Shown one piece after another: positions 1 through 14,070 of a DNA stretch of 64,000 nucleotides. The position numbers were made by a program, and so were the translations under genes. Every line of letters starts with the position of its first letter. Positions within the stretch are counted from its first letter, which is position 1. Source of the stretch: Eledone cirrhosa (Eukaryota). The notes beneath the pieces are model-generated. The model searched no databases. It was not told the DNA's origin and saw only the letters and a program-made list of their open reading frames with translations. The stretch covers positions 31,062,001-31,126,000 of the forward strand of contig OZ024744.1 in the NCBI GenBank assembly GCA_964016885.1, read 5' to 3'.

Positions 1-770
1 GGTTTTTGGCAGTGGCTCCAGTACCAGATTTTTACTCAGTCCGGTGATGTTATGACTGACAAACACGATATCAGGATTGTAACCCGCTTTCCATCGTCCG
101 CTGTTGACGGACTTTGGTTGTTTGGCATCGTGGATCAAATCAAGCTGGTTGCTTTCAGCCCATGCTTCCACTGCATCTCCATCTGCATTGTTATTAGCAT
201 ATCCCCATTGTGTGTTGTGGCTGTTGAAGTCTCCGATGACAATCTTTGGTTTACCAGATGATGGTATTTCTGGCATCAGGAGAGGTGTGAGAGGTGGTTT
301 GTAGACTGAGGTGATGGTAATTCCTCTGAGCTCAGCAGTTTGGACTTCGATGTTATTATCATCGTTCTTTGATGATGATTCGATGATTGTCCCATTTTTT
401 GCTAGAATGATGCTGCCATATTTCTCATGTGGTCTTTCTATGAGGGGGGGGGGGGGGGGGTGTTTAGGTCCACAGTGGGTTTCTTGTAGGCAGAGAATGT
501 CACACTGATGCTCTCTGCAGAGTTTTGCAACAAGTTCTTCTTTAGTTGCAGATAGTCCTTCAATATTTAGCGATATGATGGTCAATGCTGGCCTTAGAGG
601 TGAGCGTTGGCCTCACTTCATGCATCGGACTGGTAGGCTACCGTCATTCGTTGAGCTTCTGGACATTGCTTGTCTTTCGGCTCGGCTTTGAAGTGTTTGG
701 TAGAATTCGCAAGTAAACGTGAGTATTACTTGACAGGGATCGCGACGTGAACGCTTCTACCTTGATCCCT
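1..770 (-). mobile_element. 5' part of an Ingi/Vingi-like non-LTR retrotransposon (AP-endonuclease domain, decayed; continues off the left edge)
   Basis: Manual minus-strand translation from ATG at 666: MSRSS...RPALTIISLNIEGLSATKEELVAKLCREHQCDILCLQETH...SVYKPP...IVIGDFNSHNTQWGY...DAKQPKSVNSGRWKAGYNPDIVFVS. One in-frame stop and a disruption at the poly-G run 443-460. No ORF1 upstream, as expected for Ingi/Vingi. Confidence 0.8.
699..770 (-). ncRNA. HDV-like (CPEB3-type) self-cleaving ribozyme at the element 5' end
   Basis: AGGGAUC-AA-GGUAGAA-GCG-UUCACGU-CGC-GAUCCCU-GU-CAAGUAA-UACUCACGU-UUACUUG-CGAA-UUCUACC. P1 7 bp, P2 7 bp, P3 3 bp and P4 7 bp are all Watson-Crick. J4/2 is CGAA, with the catalytic C at 709. 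Confidence 0.9.
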
Positions 771-1280
771 TAACAGGTAGTAATAGTGACAACTGGTACA
801 ATATGTGCAGTGTCAGTTCGACCTATGTAGACATAACTTAGACAGCATGACTTACAGGGAGTAAGGGGTTGGTAGGTAGTAATAACAACAGAAGAACGGT
901 GTAAAAAAACACCGAGACCATAGAGCGAGACATTAGTCACGTGATAAAAAGGGAGGTAAAATAGTGCAGCTCAACAAAAGAAGAAGAGGGGGAGGGGCCG
1001 TCGGATGAGTCATAGATTACATGACAACATTGGCAACATTTATGAAAGCTCTGGGGTAGAAATGGGAGACAAAGCTTCAACCGCTACCGAATTCGAGTCA
1101 AAGTTTCTGACGAAATCCTCAAGCCCTCGCATTGGAATATTCTATAAGACAAGAGGAAAAAAAAAAAAGAAATTTACGTGAAATTATATGTCGATAACAA
1201 AAGCCGATCAAAGTGTTAGATGCACAGAGTGACTTACAGTAAGGTAAAGGTTGAGTGGGCCCTATGTATGTGGGAGCAAA

Positions 1281-1482
<202 letters not shown>

Positions 1483-1835
1483 AGACATATCAATTAAAAC
1501 TAGCGACTAATCTAGTTAATCCTAGTTAATCGTGTGTTAAATATGTAAAATATATATACTGTACATTCTTACATGGGCATGAAAGAAAACTGTGAGAAAA
1601 TGTCTCATTAATAATGAGAAACAATTTATGATGCGTGAAAAAAATTTATAATCTTTTAAAAACATTTTGATCTATGCGCATAAAAATGCTTTCTCCTATT
1701 TTAAACAAAGAAAAGTAAGGTGTACTCCAAATATTAACAGATAGTGTTATGTACTTTTCTTTTGGCGGCTATTTTCCCGCATTACTAACGTAGTACCTGT
1801 CAAAAATAACGGTGGCATTGTCTGTCACATTATAT

Positions 1836-2031
1836 CTTCTTCTTCTTCTTCTTCTTCTTCTTCTTCTTCTTCTTCTTCTTCTTCTTCTTCTTCTTCTTCT
1901 TCTTCTTCTTCGCCCATTTATTCTTGAGAGGGTCGTGGGTGCAGAGCCCTCAAACACTCCTCCTGGAAGGAGTGTTTGAGGTCTCCGCCCCACGACCCTC
2001 TCAGGAATAAGTGGGAGTAGAAGAAGAAGAT
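1836..2031. repeat. Fold-back (inverted repeat) element flanked by (TTC)n and (GAA)n
   Basis: cccatttattcttgagagggtcgtggg...cctcaaacactcct-cctgga-aggagtgtttgagg...cccacgaccctctcaggaataagtggg; arms of about 50 bp plus complementary trinucleotide tails. Confidence 0.85.
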
Positions 2032-2090
2032 ATATAATTCCTGCGTTACAGAAGCGTTACACAAAGCAGAAATACTGTCTATCTATCTAT

Positions 2091-5000
2091 AAATACTAAC
2101 AATAGAACTTTAACAGACACCATATATAAAAACCCTTCGGTGGAGACCAAATGGAAAACTGTTACACACTCTTCGGAGAATCCTAATCTTAAAATGATTA
2201 GAATCTCCATGGACACACATAAACAGTTAAAAGAAAAATTTCCTAACGCGTAGGTAACCCCTGCGTCAAACCCTATAACTTCTTTTAACTTTTCAGCGGC
2301 AACATGGCCAATATAAGAGTTGGATGTGTGAATGTACGCGGTCTGGTATGCCCTGGAAACAGGGCAAACTCTTAAACCTCAGATCGCACAGTATGGATGT
2401 AGTAGCCATTTGCGAGTCCAGGATCCACCTGGACCTCGTAACAAAGACGGTACATCTGGACACGGAGGGTCGACTGGTGGTCCTAGACGTTGACGGTAGT
2501 GAAGGTGGAGACTTCAGGCTGGTGGCCGCATATGCCCCATCCGGGACACCGCGGCCAGACTTCTTCAAACGTCTAGAGACTTTTATGGGAACGTCCCGCT
2601 CCCTGCTGTTAATGGGGGACTGGAATGGAATCCTAGATGGACGTGTGGGACTATGTGGGAGCATGTCCCGATAGAGGGGGGTGTAACAGCCTCAAACAGT
2701 TAATCGGCCGATTTCAATTGGCCGATAGATATCGACTAGATTTTCCAACTGTACCACTGTCGACATGGACCAACCAGAGCGGAACATCTAGATCGTACCT
2801 AGAAAGGTTTCTAGATAGAGTTAGCGATAGGGACATGTTAAGCTGTCCACAAATGTTCATGGTTGACTATTCAGATCACAAACTAGTGGCCTGCTTAGTC
2901 AACCTTGACAGAACCCATAGAGAGGGACCCGGCTACTGGAAGCTGAACTTGTCGATACCGACATGCAAAGCCTATAGTAGACGGATTAGCACTTTAGTTA
3001 AGCAGCACTTGATGGTGGCCATAGTCAACAACAGATGGTGGTACTCTCTCAAGAGGGCAGTTAGATTAGATTCGATAGGTTTTAGTAAAGAATTAGTGTT
3101 AGATAGAAATAAGTCCGAAAAGGAACTGGTAGATAAAGTAGAAGAGGCAGTTAGGAGTGGCAACGTAACCAGCGTGCTAGCGACGAGAACGGCCTTGGAC
3201 CAGTTCTTCGACGCAAAGCACGAAGGCTGCGTTGTCAGGAGCAAAATACGTGCTCTGGGAAACGAGGGAGCCAAAGCTGTTAGCTGGGCCCGAGTGACAG
3301 GGGCGATAAGTGGCAACAGGTCCACGATTCGGTCTTTGAAGAACCAAGACGGACGCGTGATATGTGAGCCGAAGCAGATGTATGCAGCCTTTCAGTGGCC
3401 CTTTGCTCAACTGTTCGGGAAGGGCGGCGCGCCGGGAGGGGCTATGGATTTCAGTCCATACCTCGACGGCCTGCCGCGACTCTCGGACGGCGAAGTTCTG
3501 CGAAAGGCCGATTTCGGCCGCTGAGATAGGGGACGCGCTGAGCCAATGCGGCAAACGCAAATCTCCATGTCTCGACGGTCTACCCTACGAATTTTACGTA
3601 GCAATGCCGGACTTGTTCTCCGTCTCCTGGAAGCGGTCTACTGCAATTGGCAACAGAGCGGGAGAATTCCCAGTTCTGTAACCGGGGGCGTAGTCACGTT
3701 ACTCAAGAAGGACGAGAATAAGGGGGGGTGACATAGGCAACTTCCGGCCCATAACTCTGCTAAACAAAGTTACAGATTTTGGCCAAGGTGTTGGCAAAGT
3801 GGCTGGCGCTTGTCGTCGAAAACCTGGTGGGAGAAGCGCAGACATGCGCAATCCCGACCAATCCATACACGACAACCTCCACCTCATGCGATACATCATA
3901 GAGAGGCTAGGGTGTAAACCCGGCTTCGGTGGGGCCCTGTTCAACTTGGATCAGTCTAAGGCTTTCGATAGGGTTGACCATCGTTACTTGGAAGCGGTGC
4001 TCGAGGCAGCAGGCTTCGGACCCGTGTTCAGGGGCTGGATTGCTGCAATGCACAGCAGCAACATCTGCTCAAGAGTAAAGGTGAACGGCTACCTCTCGGA
4101 GCCGTTCCATATCACGCGATCCATCCAACAGGGATGCCCTCTCTCCTCCCTTCTGTAGGTACTGACTCTCGAGCCCCTACTGCGGAAGTTGGAGCTATTG
4201 CAGGTCATCCCTTTGGAACCTGGACTGCGTAAAGCGGCGTCGGCCTACGCCGACGACGTAACAGTAATAGGGTCGAGCACCTCGCAAATCGGGGAGGTCG
4301 GCACCTTACTGGAGGAATACGAAAGGCTCACAGGAGCGAAGCTGAACCGGGACAAATCCGTCGGTTTGCAACTCGGAACGTGGAGAGGCAAACCGATGCC
4401 TATCGATGGCGTCGACGGACGCTGGACGGAAGGACCAGTAAAGCTGCTCGAGGTCTGGTTTAGTCCGGACCTCCAGGTGGAGAAGAACTGGAACGAGGTG
4501 ACGGCCAAGGTGTAGCGCTCACCCAGAAGTGGGCCGAGTGCAAACTATCCTTGAAAGGTCGAGCGGAGGTGGAGAACACTTTTATAGCGTCCGTCATCTA
4601 CTACCGCTTGACCGTCGTGCCTTGTCCAGCCAAAACGCTCACCAAATTGGAGCGCGCGCTCTTCCATTTCCTTTGGAAGAAACGGGCTCCTTTGGTGAGA
4701 AGATCCATCTGCTGCCAAAACCCTTCAAACGGAGGGCTGGGGATGCCGTCGCTGACGATGCGCAAACATGCGCTCAGGCTGCGGCACCTCCACGTATTCC
4801 TCACCGGACAACCGGTGTGGTCCCCGTTCGTGAGGCGAGCCTTCCCACGACTCGTCTCGCTGACCGAGCTGCAGTCCTGGCTCAAGCAAAGACCGAGGAA
4901 AATGGGCGACTGGCACATCGAATGTGCTCAGGCGCTCACAGTCCTCTGGCAAACGGACCCGGCGATCAGTGGAGACTCCACTTCGACGTTCTATAGAGGG

Positions 5001-5861
5001 TTGGTCCGCAGCAAGTGCGACGACACGCTCGGAGAAACTCTAGGCTTAGAGGAGGACGAACTGGCCAGTCTGTTCGGTAGGACCTTCCGCCCGGGACCAA
5101 TGGATATCTTCCAAAAGTCCCTGGCCTGGCAGTGCTACTGAGGAGCTCTACCAGTTCGAGAAAGCTCTACAGACACGGGCGCCCGGGCAGGGACCCTTCG
5201 AAAAAGATCTGTCCGAGATGCGTGCGCGACGAGGAAACCGCCGCGCACGCATTTGTACACTTCCCGGGCGTTACCGACCTGTGGGGCTATGTAGAACGAC
5301 TATTGTCGCCTGTAGGACCAATCCAGTTGACCACCGAGTCCATTGTCATGATCAAACCGCCACCCTCCTTCGAAAACGAAGGAGAGGCGGTTTTCCTATG
5401 TGTTATGGCTATGGTGAAAGAGGTTATATGATGGACGAGGTTAAAAGGGTTGAGGTCAGACACCTTTCTCTCTGGAGAACAACTGATTGTTTTTTTAAAA
5501 TATCATTTTGGAAGAAGAATCAGGATGGAGAGAGAGGTGCTCTACCCCAGCAAATTTCATAAAAGGTGGGTGAATGTGGCAAAGATGGCCCGAGTGGTTG
5601 GGCCTTCTCCTTCTATATAAGCCTGTAGGTTGAGGAAAAAGAGGAAGAGAGGAAGGGAGTACTCACTCTTGGTGCTCCTGGAGATGAGGGTTGTACATTT
5701 TTTAGGGGTGTGTACAACCCCTGTGTAACGCTTCCTCCCTATTGGGGATTTCAATTGTTATTTGTTATTTTATTAATAGTTTTATTTTCATATACCTGTA
5801 TGCAAACTCCCCATTTGTATTTGACCCCTTCTTTTGTGCCCTTGTGGCTAATAAAGAAATT
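2091..5861 (+). mobile_element. Tx1-clade LINE copy A, 5'-truncated, ORF2 pseudogenised (ATG 2304 to TAG 5628)
   Basis: APE (GDWNGILD, SDH), RT (QSKAFDRVDH, QGCPLS, YADD) and CPRC zinc-finger motifs across several frames; 3' AATAAAG; TATC repeats on both sides (2076-2090, 5862-5885). Confidence 0.92.
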
Positions 5862-6088
5862 TATCTATCTATCTATCTATCTATCTTGATAGAGTAAGAC
5901 ACGCTTCACATCGGCTCCGCTATTCCATCGGGATTTACCCTTACTATTGTAAGTACCGGATAAATTTTTCAGTGCAACACATTTGGAACACTAACCCCTG
6001 TTATTTAGGGAAACATTTTTGCATTTACCCCCTTTTTAGGGGGTAAAATGAATATCTATTTTTGCCGAAAAATTTCTTTCTTGGCAGC

Positions 6089-7925
6089 ATGGCGGAAAAG
6101 ATGGCAGACATGTCTGCCATTAGCTCTGCCACGCCCCCCAAGTCTTAAGAACAAAAAATAATTACAACAAAATTAGACAACGAAACAAACAAAGAAAATG
6201 AAAAAACAAATGTTAAGGAAAATGAGCAAACGGAAAACAAACAAACAGAAAATAATACAAATAACAACAGGGCAACTTTCGCCCAGAAAACAAAACAATC
6301 CATTACATACACACCAATTGACCTAACTGCCGCCAGAGAAAAACTGGCCGCAGCAAAGAAACACATTGTTTTGGGGGAGAACGGAATGTTTTCCATTAAC
6401 CCCCCCCCCCCAGAATTCAAGAAAGCGAGAACAGAGAACACAGTTCTCTTCAGAACAATCCTAAACCAAACAAGAAAGCCAGCACAGCCCAGCCAAATGG
6501 AGATAGAGTTGGTCCTAAAAGACTATGTGAAGAATATTCTCTTCATACGAAAGGACCGACTCTATGGCAGCATTTCGGTCCTAACAAAAGACAAGGAAAC
6601 GGCGGAGAAGCTTTCCCTAAGCCCACTCTCATCGACAACATACAGCTTCTATCCCTCCTACATGGGTAGAAGAACACAGAGAGTAAAAGTAAAAACAATG
6701 CTGCCCACAATGGACTTCTGGTGGGCTATTGCTGGCTTCATAGATATGGGCGAAGACACAATGCTGTCAATGGGGAAGGCAACTGGAGATGCGTTCCTGG
6801 GAATGGGCCTCGACATACTAGTCCAAATGAGGCCCGAAAGAATAGCACAAATCCCGGATCGCATCTGGCTGGATGACCTTACCCCAATAGACATAATTGT
6901 AGAGGGGAGAAGACCAGCATGCTATTTATGCATGGAAAGGGGACACGTTAAGGCTAACTGCCCGAAACGTATCCCCCCAAAAGGACTATTGCCCACACCC
7001 ACCACAAACAGTACACCAACACCACCCACCTCCAAAAATACACTAATACCACACACAGCAAACAAAATACAGACACCACCAACCACAAACACAACACAAA
7101 CATCACCACCACCAGCACCAAACACAAGCACGACACAAAAATCACCACCACCAACCACAACACAAACATCACCACCACCATCACCAACCACAAGCACGAC
7201 ACAAACATTACCACCACCACCACAAAACCCATTCCAAACAAATAATAAAAAAAACAGTAACAAATCTACCCCTCCTGCAAAAAAAAAAACAACCACACAA
7301 CACGTCCCTCCCACCTAGCGCTGAAGAGTTTCCCCCAACTTCTGAAGAAGAAGGAGGAGAAGCCTTCAGACAAGTTAAAAGAAAAAAAAGAAAACACACA
7401 CCCAGCACACCACAAATAACCCACACACAAACACCAACTCCAATCAAAAACACCCCACCCTCAACAAACAAAAATAAATCTGCGCCTCCCCTCTCCGAAA
7501 CATTGACAGCATCACAAAAAAAGACGTTGCAATACACATATATAAATAAAGAAAACAAAAAACTGGTTAAATTAATAAACAATAACCCTATGGTGCAGAC
7601 CGAAGGGCCAAACTTTATCTCAACAGAGAACTTCACCCATTTAAAAATGATAAAGGTCCCTCTGGACCTTTATCGTTCCTTAAAAGAACAATTTAGACGG
7701 GACGTGAGCCCCCCCTGTTTAAAACCGTTAAATCGCGTCCTCTTGAAAGATTTCCCCATAACCGCCCCTCTCCCTGACACAACTCCAAATACCCCAACCC
7801 CACCACACACGGGTACCCCCACACCACCACAAAACATCCCTCCACCCAACACACCTGATGCCATGGAAATTACACAACCCGGAGAGGTAGGTGCTTTTCT
7901 TTCTTCACTTTCAACACCAAAATAG
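6089..7925 (+). pseudogene. Tx1 ORF1 of copy B (gag-like zinc knuckle), disrupted
   Basis: CYLCMERGHVKANC (CX2CX4HX4C); TAA near 6146; homopolymer frameshifts. Confidence 0.88.
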
Positions 7926-10900
7926 ATCAATTGAGAGTTGGCTGTTTGAACGCGCGTGGCCTGGGCTCAGCTTGGAAGCAAGCAAAGCTTCTAAATGACC
8001 TCAGGTCACAAAGTATAGATGTGATGGTTGTTTGCGAGAGTCGGATCAGCAGCGTGAGACAGCTGGCGCCCGCCTTCGATGACTTTGAGATGCACGCATC
8101 TCTCTGTCAACCCGGAGGCGGGGGGGGGGGGGGGGGTTTGCCGTACTGCTGGATAAACGTCTGGCTCTCGACGTACAGATTGTTCACTCTGACCCGGGGG
8201 GTCGATTACTGGTGCTGGACGTCGGGGGCGGTGAAGGCGGGGCTTTCAGACTGGTCGGTCTTTATGCCCCCTTCGGGGCGGAAAGAGCCGACTTCTTCCA
8301 GCGTCTGGAGACTTTTCTAGGAACGTCGCGTTCCCTGCTTTTAGTGGGGGACTGGAATGGAATCCTAGATGCGCGTTGGGACTATGCAGGGGCATGTCCC
8401 GATAGAGGGGGGTGTAGCAGCCTCAAGGGGTTACTCGATCGATTCGACCTGGTCGATAGATTTCGACTAGATTGTCCAACTGCGCCAACCTGGACCTGGG
8501 CAAACCGCAGTGGACAATCTAGATCGTACCTAGATAGGTTTTTGGTTAGGAGTAAGGATAGGGACGTATTTAGTTGTCCAGAATTGATCATGGTTGGCTA
8601 TTCAGATCACAAATTAGTGACCTGCGTGATCAACCTTGATAGAACGCATAGACAGGGTCCCGGTTACTGGAAGATGAACTTGTCCTTGCCGGCAAAGAAA
8701 GATTACAGGAACCGGATTAGTAGCTTAGTTAAGATGCGGTTGACGGGAGCGATCGTCAACAGTAGGTGGTGGATATCTCTAAAGAGAGAGATTAGAGTAA
8801 GTTCGATAGGTTACAGTAAGGAACTAGCGGCGAATAGAAATAGGAAGGAAAGGGAGTTAACAGATAAACTAGAAGAGGCGATTAGGAGCGGAGACGTAGC
8901 CAGAGTGTTAGCGGCGAGAACGGCGTTGAGCCAGTTCTTTGACGCGAAGCACGAAGGCTGCGTTGTCCGAAGTAAAATACGTGCTTTAGGAAACGAGGGG
9001 ACCAAAGCTGTTAGCTGGGCCCGCGTGACAGAAGCCAAGAGTGGGATTAAATCCACCATTCGGTCTTTGCGAGACCAGGATGGACGGGTGATCCTTGAAC
9101 CTGAGCGGATGTGCGAGGCCTTTCAAAGGCACTTTGCTCGACTGTTCGGAGGGGGCGGGGGGCCGGACGGGGATGTGGACTTCGGTCCATACCTCGACGG
9201 TCTACCGCGTCTTTCGAGCGGCGAAGCGGAGTGCTGCGAAAGGCCAATCACAGCCACTGAAATCGGGGAAGCGCTCAGCCAATGCAGCAGACGCAAATCT
9301 CCGGGTCTCGATGGTCTACCATACGAACTTTATTTAGCTATGCCGGTCTTGTTCTCCGAACTCCTCGAGGCTGTCTATTGCAACTGGCAACAGAACGGGA
9401 GAATTCCCTGTTCTGTGACCAAGGGCGTGGTCACGCTAGTGAGGAAGGACGAGAGCAAGAGGGACGACTTAAGTAACTTCAGGCCCATAACTCTGCTGAA
9501 TGCAGAGTTACAGATTTTGGCCAAGGTGTTGGCGAAGAGGTTGGCGCTTGTGGTGAGTGGTTTGGTGGGAGACGCGCAGACATGCGCTATCCCGTCCAGG
9601 TCCATTCACGACAACCTCCACCTCATGCGATACATCATAGAGAGGGTTGGCAACGAACCCGGCTTTGGTGGGGCCCTGATCAACTTGGATCAATCTAAGG
9701 CGTTCGATAGGGTCGACCATGGTTACCTGGATGCGGTGCTAGCGGCGGCGGGCTTCGGACCCGTTTTCAGGGGCTGGATTTCTGCCATGCACAGTGGCAA
9801 CATCTACTCTAGGATTAAAGTAAACGGCTACCTCTCGGAGCCGTTTCAAATCACCCGGTCCATCAGACAGGGGCGCCCCCTCTCCTCCCTTCTGTACGTA
9901 TTGACTCTCGAGCCACTGCTGCGGAAGTTGGAGTTGCTGCGGGGCATACCCCTGGAACCGGGATTGCACAAAGCGGTCTCGGCCTATGCCGACGACGTAA
10001 CAGTAATGGTGGCGGACGCCTCGGAAATCGGGGCGATCGCCACCCTACTGGAGGAATACGAAAGGCTGACGGGGGCTAGGCTGAACCAGGACAAGTCAGT
10101 CGGTTTGCAACTCGGAACGTGGAGGGGCAAACCGATGCCGTTAGACGGTGTCGTCGGGCGGTGGACGGAGGGCCCGGTGAAGCTGCTCGGGGTCTGGTTC
10201 GGACCGGACCTCCAGGTGGAGAAGAATTGGGGCGAGGTGACGAGCAGGGTGTTTGCGCTGACCCAGAAGTGGGCCAAGTGCAAACTATCACTGAAAGGTC
10301 GGGCGGAGGTGACGAACGCTTACATAGCGTCCGTCATCTACTACCGCCTGACCGTCGTGCCTTGCCCCAAGGAAAAGCTCACCATCATGGAACGCATGCT
10401 CTTCCAGTTCCTCTGGAAGAAGCGGCCTCCCATGGTGAGGAGATCCATCTGCTGCCAGCACCCTTCGAAAGGAGGGCTGGGTATGCCGTGGCTGTTGATG
10501 CGTAGGCACGCATTGAGGCTATGGCATCTACAGGTATTCCTCAACGGTCAGCCGGTGTGGGCCCCGTTTGTGAGGCGAGCCTTCCCACAGCTCGTCTCGC
10601 TCACCGAACTGCAATCCTGGGTGAAGCAAAGACCGAGAAAACTGGGCAACTGGCACACCGAGTGTGCCCAGGCGCTCACGGCTATCTGGCAAGCGGACCC
10701 GACTATCAGTGGAGAGTCCACCTCGACATTCTATAGAAGGTTGGTGGCTAGCAAGGGCGACGACACCCTTGGAGAGTCGCTAGGCATGGAGGAGGACGAA
10801 CTGGCCAGCCTGTTCGGTAGAACTTTCGGCCCGGGACCCATGGACAACTTCCAGAGGTCTCTAGGCTGGCAGTGTTACCGGGGGGCTCTGCCCGTTCGAG

Positions 10901-11223
10901 AAAAGCTCTACAGACACGGGCGCCCGGGCAGGGATCCCGCGAAAAAGATCTGTCCCAGATGCGTGCGCGACGAGGAAACCGAGGCGGTCTTTCTGTGCGT
11001 AATAGCCATGATCAAAGAGGTTGTGTGGTGGACGCGCCTGAAAGGTCTGAGGTCGGGTGACTTTCTCTCCGGCCATCACCTGGTTTACTTCTTCCGATAC
11101 CACTTCGGAAGAAGGATCAGGATGGAGAGAGAAGTGCTTGGCCCCAGACAGTTTTATGAAAGGTGGGTGAAAGAAGCGAGAATGGCCCATGTAAATGGGC
11201 CTTCTCTCTACATTGTTCTGTAG
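7922..11223 (+). pseudogene. Tx1 ORF2 of copy B (APE + RT), one frameshift
   Basis: ORFs 7931-8320 and 8212-11223 join into a protein matching ORF2 at 37817-41245. Confidence 0.9.
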
Positions 11224-11454
11224 GGGAAGAAGTGAAGAGGAAAGGGGGAGCGCCTCCTCTCTGGGCTTCCCCCGCGAAAAGAGTTGCACACTTTTCGGGG
11301 GTATGTGCAATCCCCAACACGCCCCCTCCCTTTTGAGGACTTTTTATTGTTATATTATTATTGTTATTCCTTTTTCTTTACTCGATTTATGTAAACTCCC
11401 CCACTGTGTAAATGTCCCCTTCTTTTGTGCCCTCGTGGCAAATAAATAGAAATT

Positions 11455-11499
11455 TATCTATCTATCTATATATCAATCTATCTATCTATCTATCTGTAT

Positions 11500-11534
<35 letters not shown>

Positions 11535-11535
11535 A

Positions 11536-11630
<95 letters not shown>

Positions 11631-11660
11631 CGTGTGTGTGTGTGTGTGTGTGTATGTGTG
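11455..11660. repeat. Compound microsatellite (TATC)n-(CA)n-(TA)n-(TG)n
   Basis: Direct reading. Confidence 0.9.
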
Positions 11661-11674
11661 CTGATATATATACA

Positions 11675-12930
11675 TCTCATACACAAGAAGAATTTTGAGT
11701 ATCTTCTTTCGGTCGATAGAATCAAACGCCCTCTTGATATCTATGAATAAAATTGATTCTTCCTTCTTGTGATTCCGACCCCTCAACAATCTTACTTGGA
11801 GTCATGGTGTTTGAGTTAGTAATGGCCGAAATCCCTCAAGTAGTGAATGCAATAAAAAATGATGTATGAGAATACTTCAGTATTTGTGATGATAGACGAA
11901 GGAAACTTTGGTCTCTGCACCTTTGATACCGGAGTCGTTCCAGGGAGATCTTCTCACTGCTTTCCTTTTTGTGATATGTCTTGATTATGCAGTGTATAAT
12001 GCCATTGCACCTTTAGAAGCAATAATTGTTTCTACATTTGCCACAGGGTCAGCAATTATCCAGTACATTACTGGTACTTTATTTCATCGACCCCGTAAGG
12101 ATGAAAGGCAAAGTTAACCTCAGCTGGATTTGAACTCAGTCTGTAAAGGGACTTAACTATGCTGGAAAGCATGGCATTTCACCTTCTACCGATTAGAAGA
12201 AATAATGCTGAAAAGTCAGCTTATAATCAACATCCAAAGGAAGTTCTACCTGAAATGGCTTAAACAGATGTCATAGCTTTCCTGGAAAACACTCGCGAAG
12301 AAGCCGAAGAGATGCTGCAGGATTCTTGAATGCCGAGGAAATAAATTCATGTATCTCAATGCAACGTCAAATAAACAAATGCATGCGCTGAACGGTTCTG
12401 AGATGGAGGATTACTTATTGTATGTTGGCAGTTTTATGAACACAGAGCACAATATGGATACCAGGATAGACAAGGCATTGAGGGGTTTCAACACCCTATC
12501 AGATGTGAGGGTATCTACAATGAAGAAAACAACGAAAATGAGGCTATTCAAAGCAGTGGTTGAGTCCATTCTCCACTAGGGTCATGGGCACTGATAAAAA
12601 CACTGCCAATGTGTATCAATATCACATTCATCCGGATGTTGAGAAAGGTCCAGAAAACACGTAGTAAAGAAATGGCTCTAAACCTCACACCTTCACCTTT
12701 CTGACATCATAAGGTGTAGGAAGCACACATTAGATGGATATATGAGACATCACATTTAACCTGCTGACATAATTCTTTTTGGGAAAGTTGATGTGTATAT
12801 ACGAGTTGAGAGGCCAATCATAATGTTGAAGGACGTCATTGAAGATGACACTGGGTTGGAAGCAGGGGCAATTCAGAGAGTAATACTAGACAGGGCGAGG
12901 GGGAGGAACTTCGGCCATGTCACTGGCAAC
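11675..12930 (+). mobile_element. Old RTE-clade LINE RT remnant with an inverted 5' segment and a SINE insertion
   Basis: Minus strand 11675-11790: [21 protein letters not shown]. Plus strand: QGDLLTAFLFVICLDY, YVGSFMNTEHNMDTRI, KMRLFKAVVESIL. Confidence 0.65.
12023..12192 (-). mobile_element. tRNA-derived SINE (partial)
   Basis: Shares ctggtactttatttcatcgaccccgtaaggatgaaaggcaaag...gatttgaactc with five other copies in the window. Confidence 0.8.
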
Positions 12931-12942
12931 GGATATATAGAA

Positions 12943-13265
<323 letters not shown>

Positions 13266-13316
13266 AATGCATGTTCGTTTGGTGTTTTTAAATATATATA
13301 TATATATATATATATA

Positions 13317-14070
13317 GAAAAATACTGCAGGTAGCACATGGATAACATGTAATAAAATGAGTCCCTCATCAGTGATTTGCCGACGATCATCGATATTTCA
13401 TTGCATTAAAAATCATATACCTCACGTCGGTGCAATAATAACCAAAATAAGTTATTAGGACAATTGAAACGCGTAAAGCTAGTGAGACAGGAGAACAACA
13501 AAAAGTATAGCTAACCGTACGGGAAAGAAACAAGCTTCAAAATTATTCTGTTTAGCATAAGCTAGGTGAATATATGAACGCTTTTAGAGAACAGACCTGA
13601 CACGAACTATGGCCATGTGAGAAGAGAGAAAAATAGCCTTCGTGGTGTACAGGATGAAATGAAGAGAAGAGAAACAGTGAGTGAGTGAAAGTGTGAGGAA
13701 GAGTTAACTGACATGACAGAGGGGGAGAAACAGAGAGACTGGGGGAGCAGTAAGAGAGAGAGAGAAAAAAAACACAGAATCGCAGTGGTAAATATATGTA
13801 ATAAAATATAGAGAAAAATACTGCAGGTAGCACATGGATAACATGTAATAAAATGAGTCCCTCATCAGTGATTTGCCGACGATCATCGATATTTCATTGC
13901 ATTAAAAATCATATACCTCACGTCGGTGCAATAATAACCAAAATAAGTTATTAGGAAAATTGAAACGCGTAAAGCGAGTGAGACAGGAGAACAACAAAGA
14001 GTATAGCTAACTGTAGCGGAAAGAAACAAGCTTCAAAATTATTCTGTTTAGCATAAGCTAGGTGAATATA

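Larger units (their letters stand above)
5886..11454 (+). mobile_element. Tx1-clade LINE copy B, full length but disabled
   Basis: Near-identical to copy E (35773-41477) from the same 5' end TTGATAGAGTAAGAC. ORF1 has a premature stop and frameshifts. ORF2 has a poly-G frameshift near 8120 and a 144-nt in-frame deletion in the zinc-finger region. Confidence 0.95.

Noticed and set aside
10975-10990. 144-nt deletion in copy B as a spliced-out intron
   Set aside because: The deleted segment (40859-41002 in E) cannot be placed with both GT and AG ends; it is more likely an ordinary deletion.
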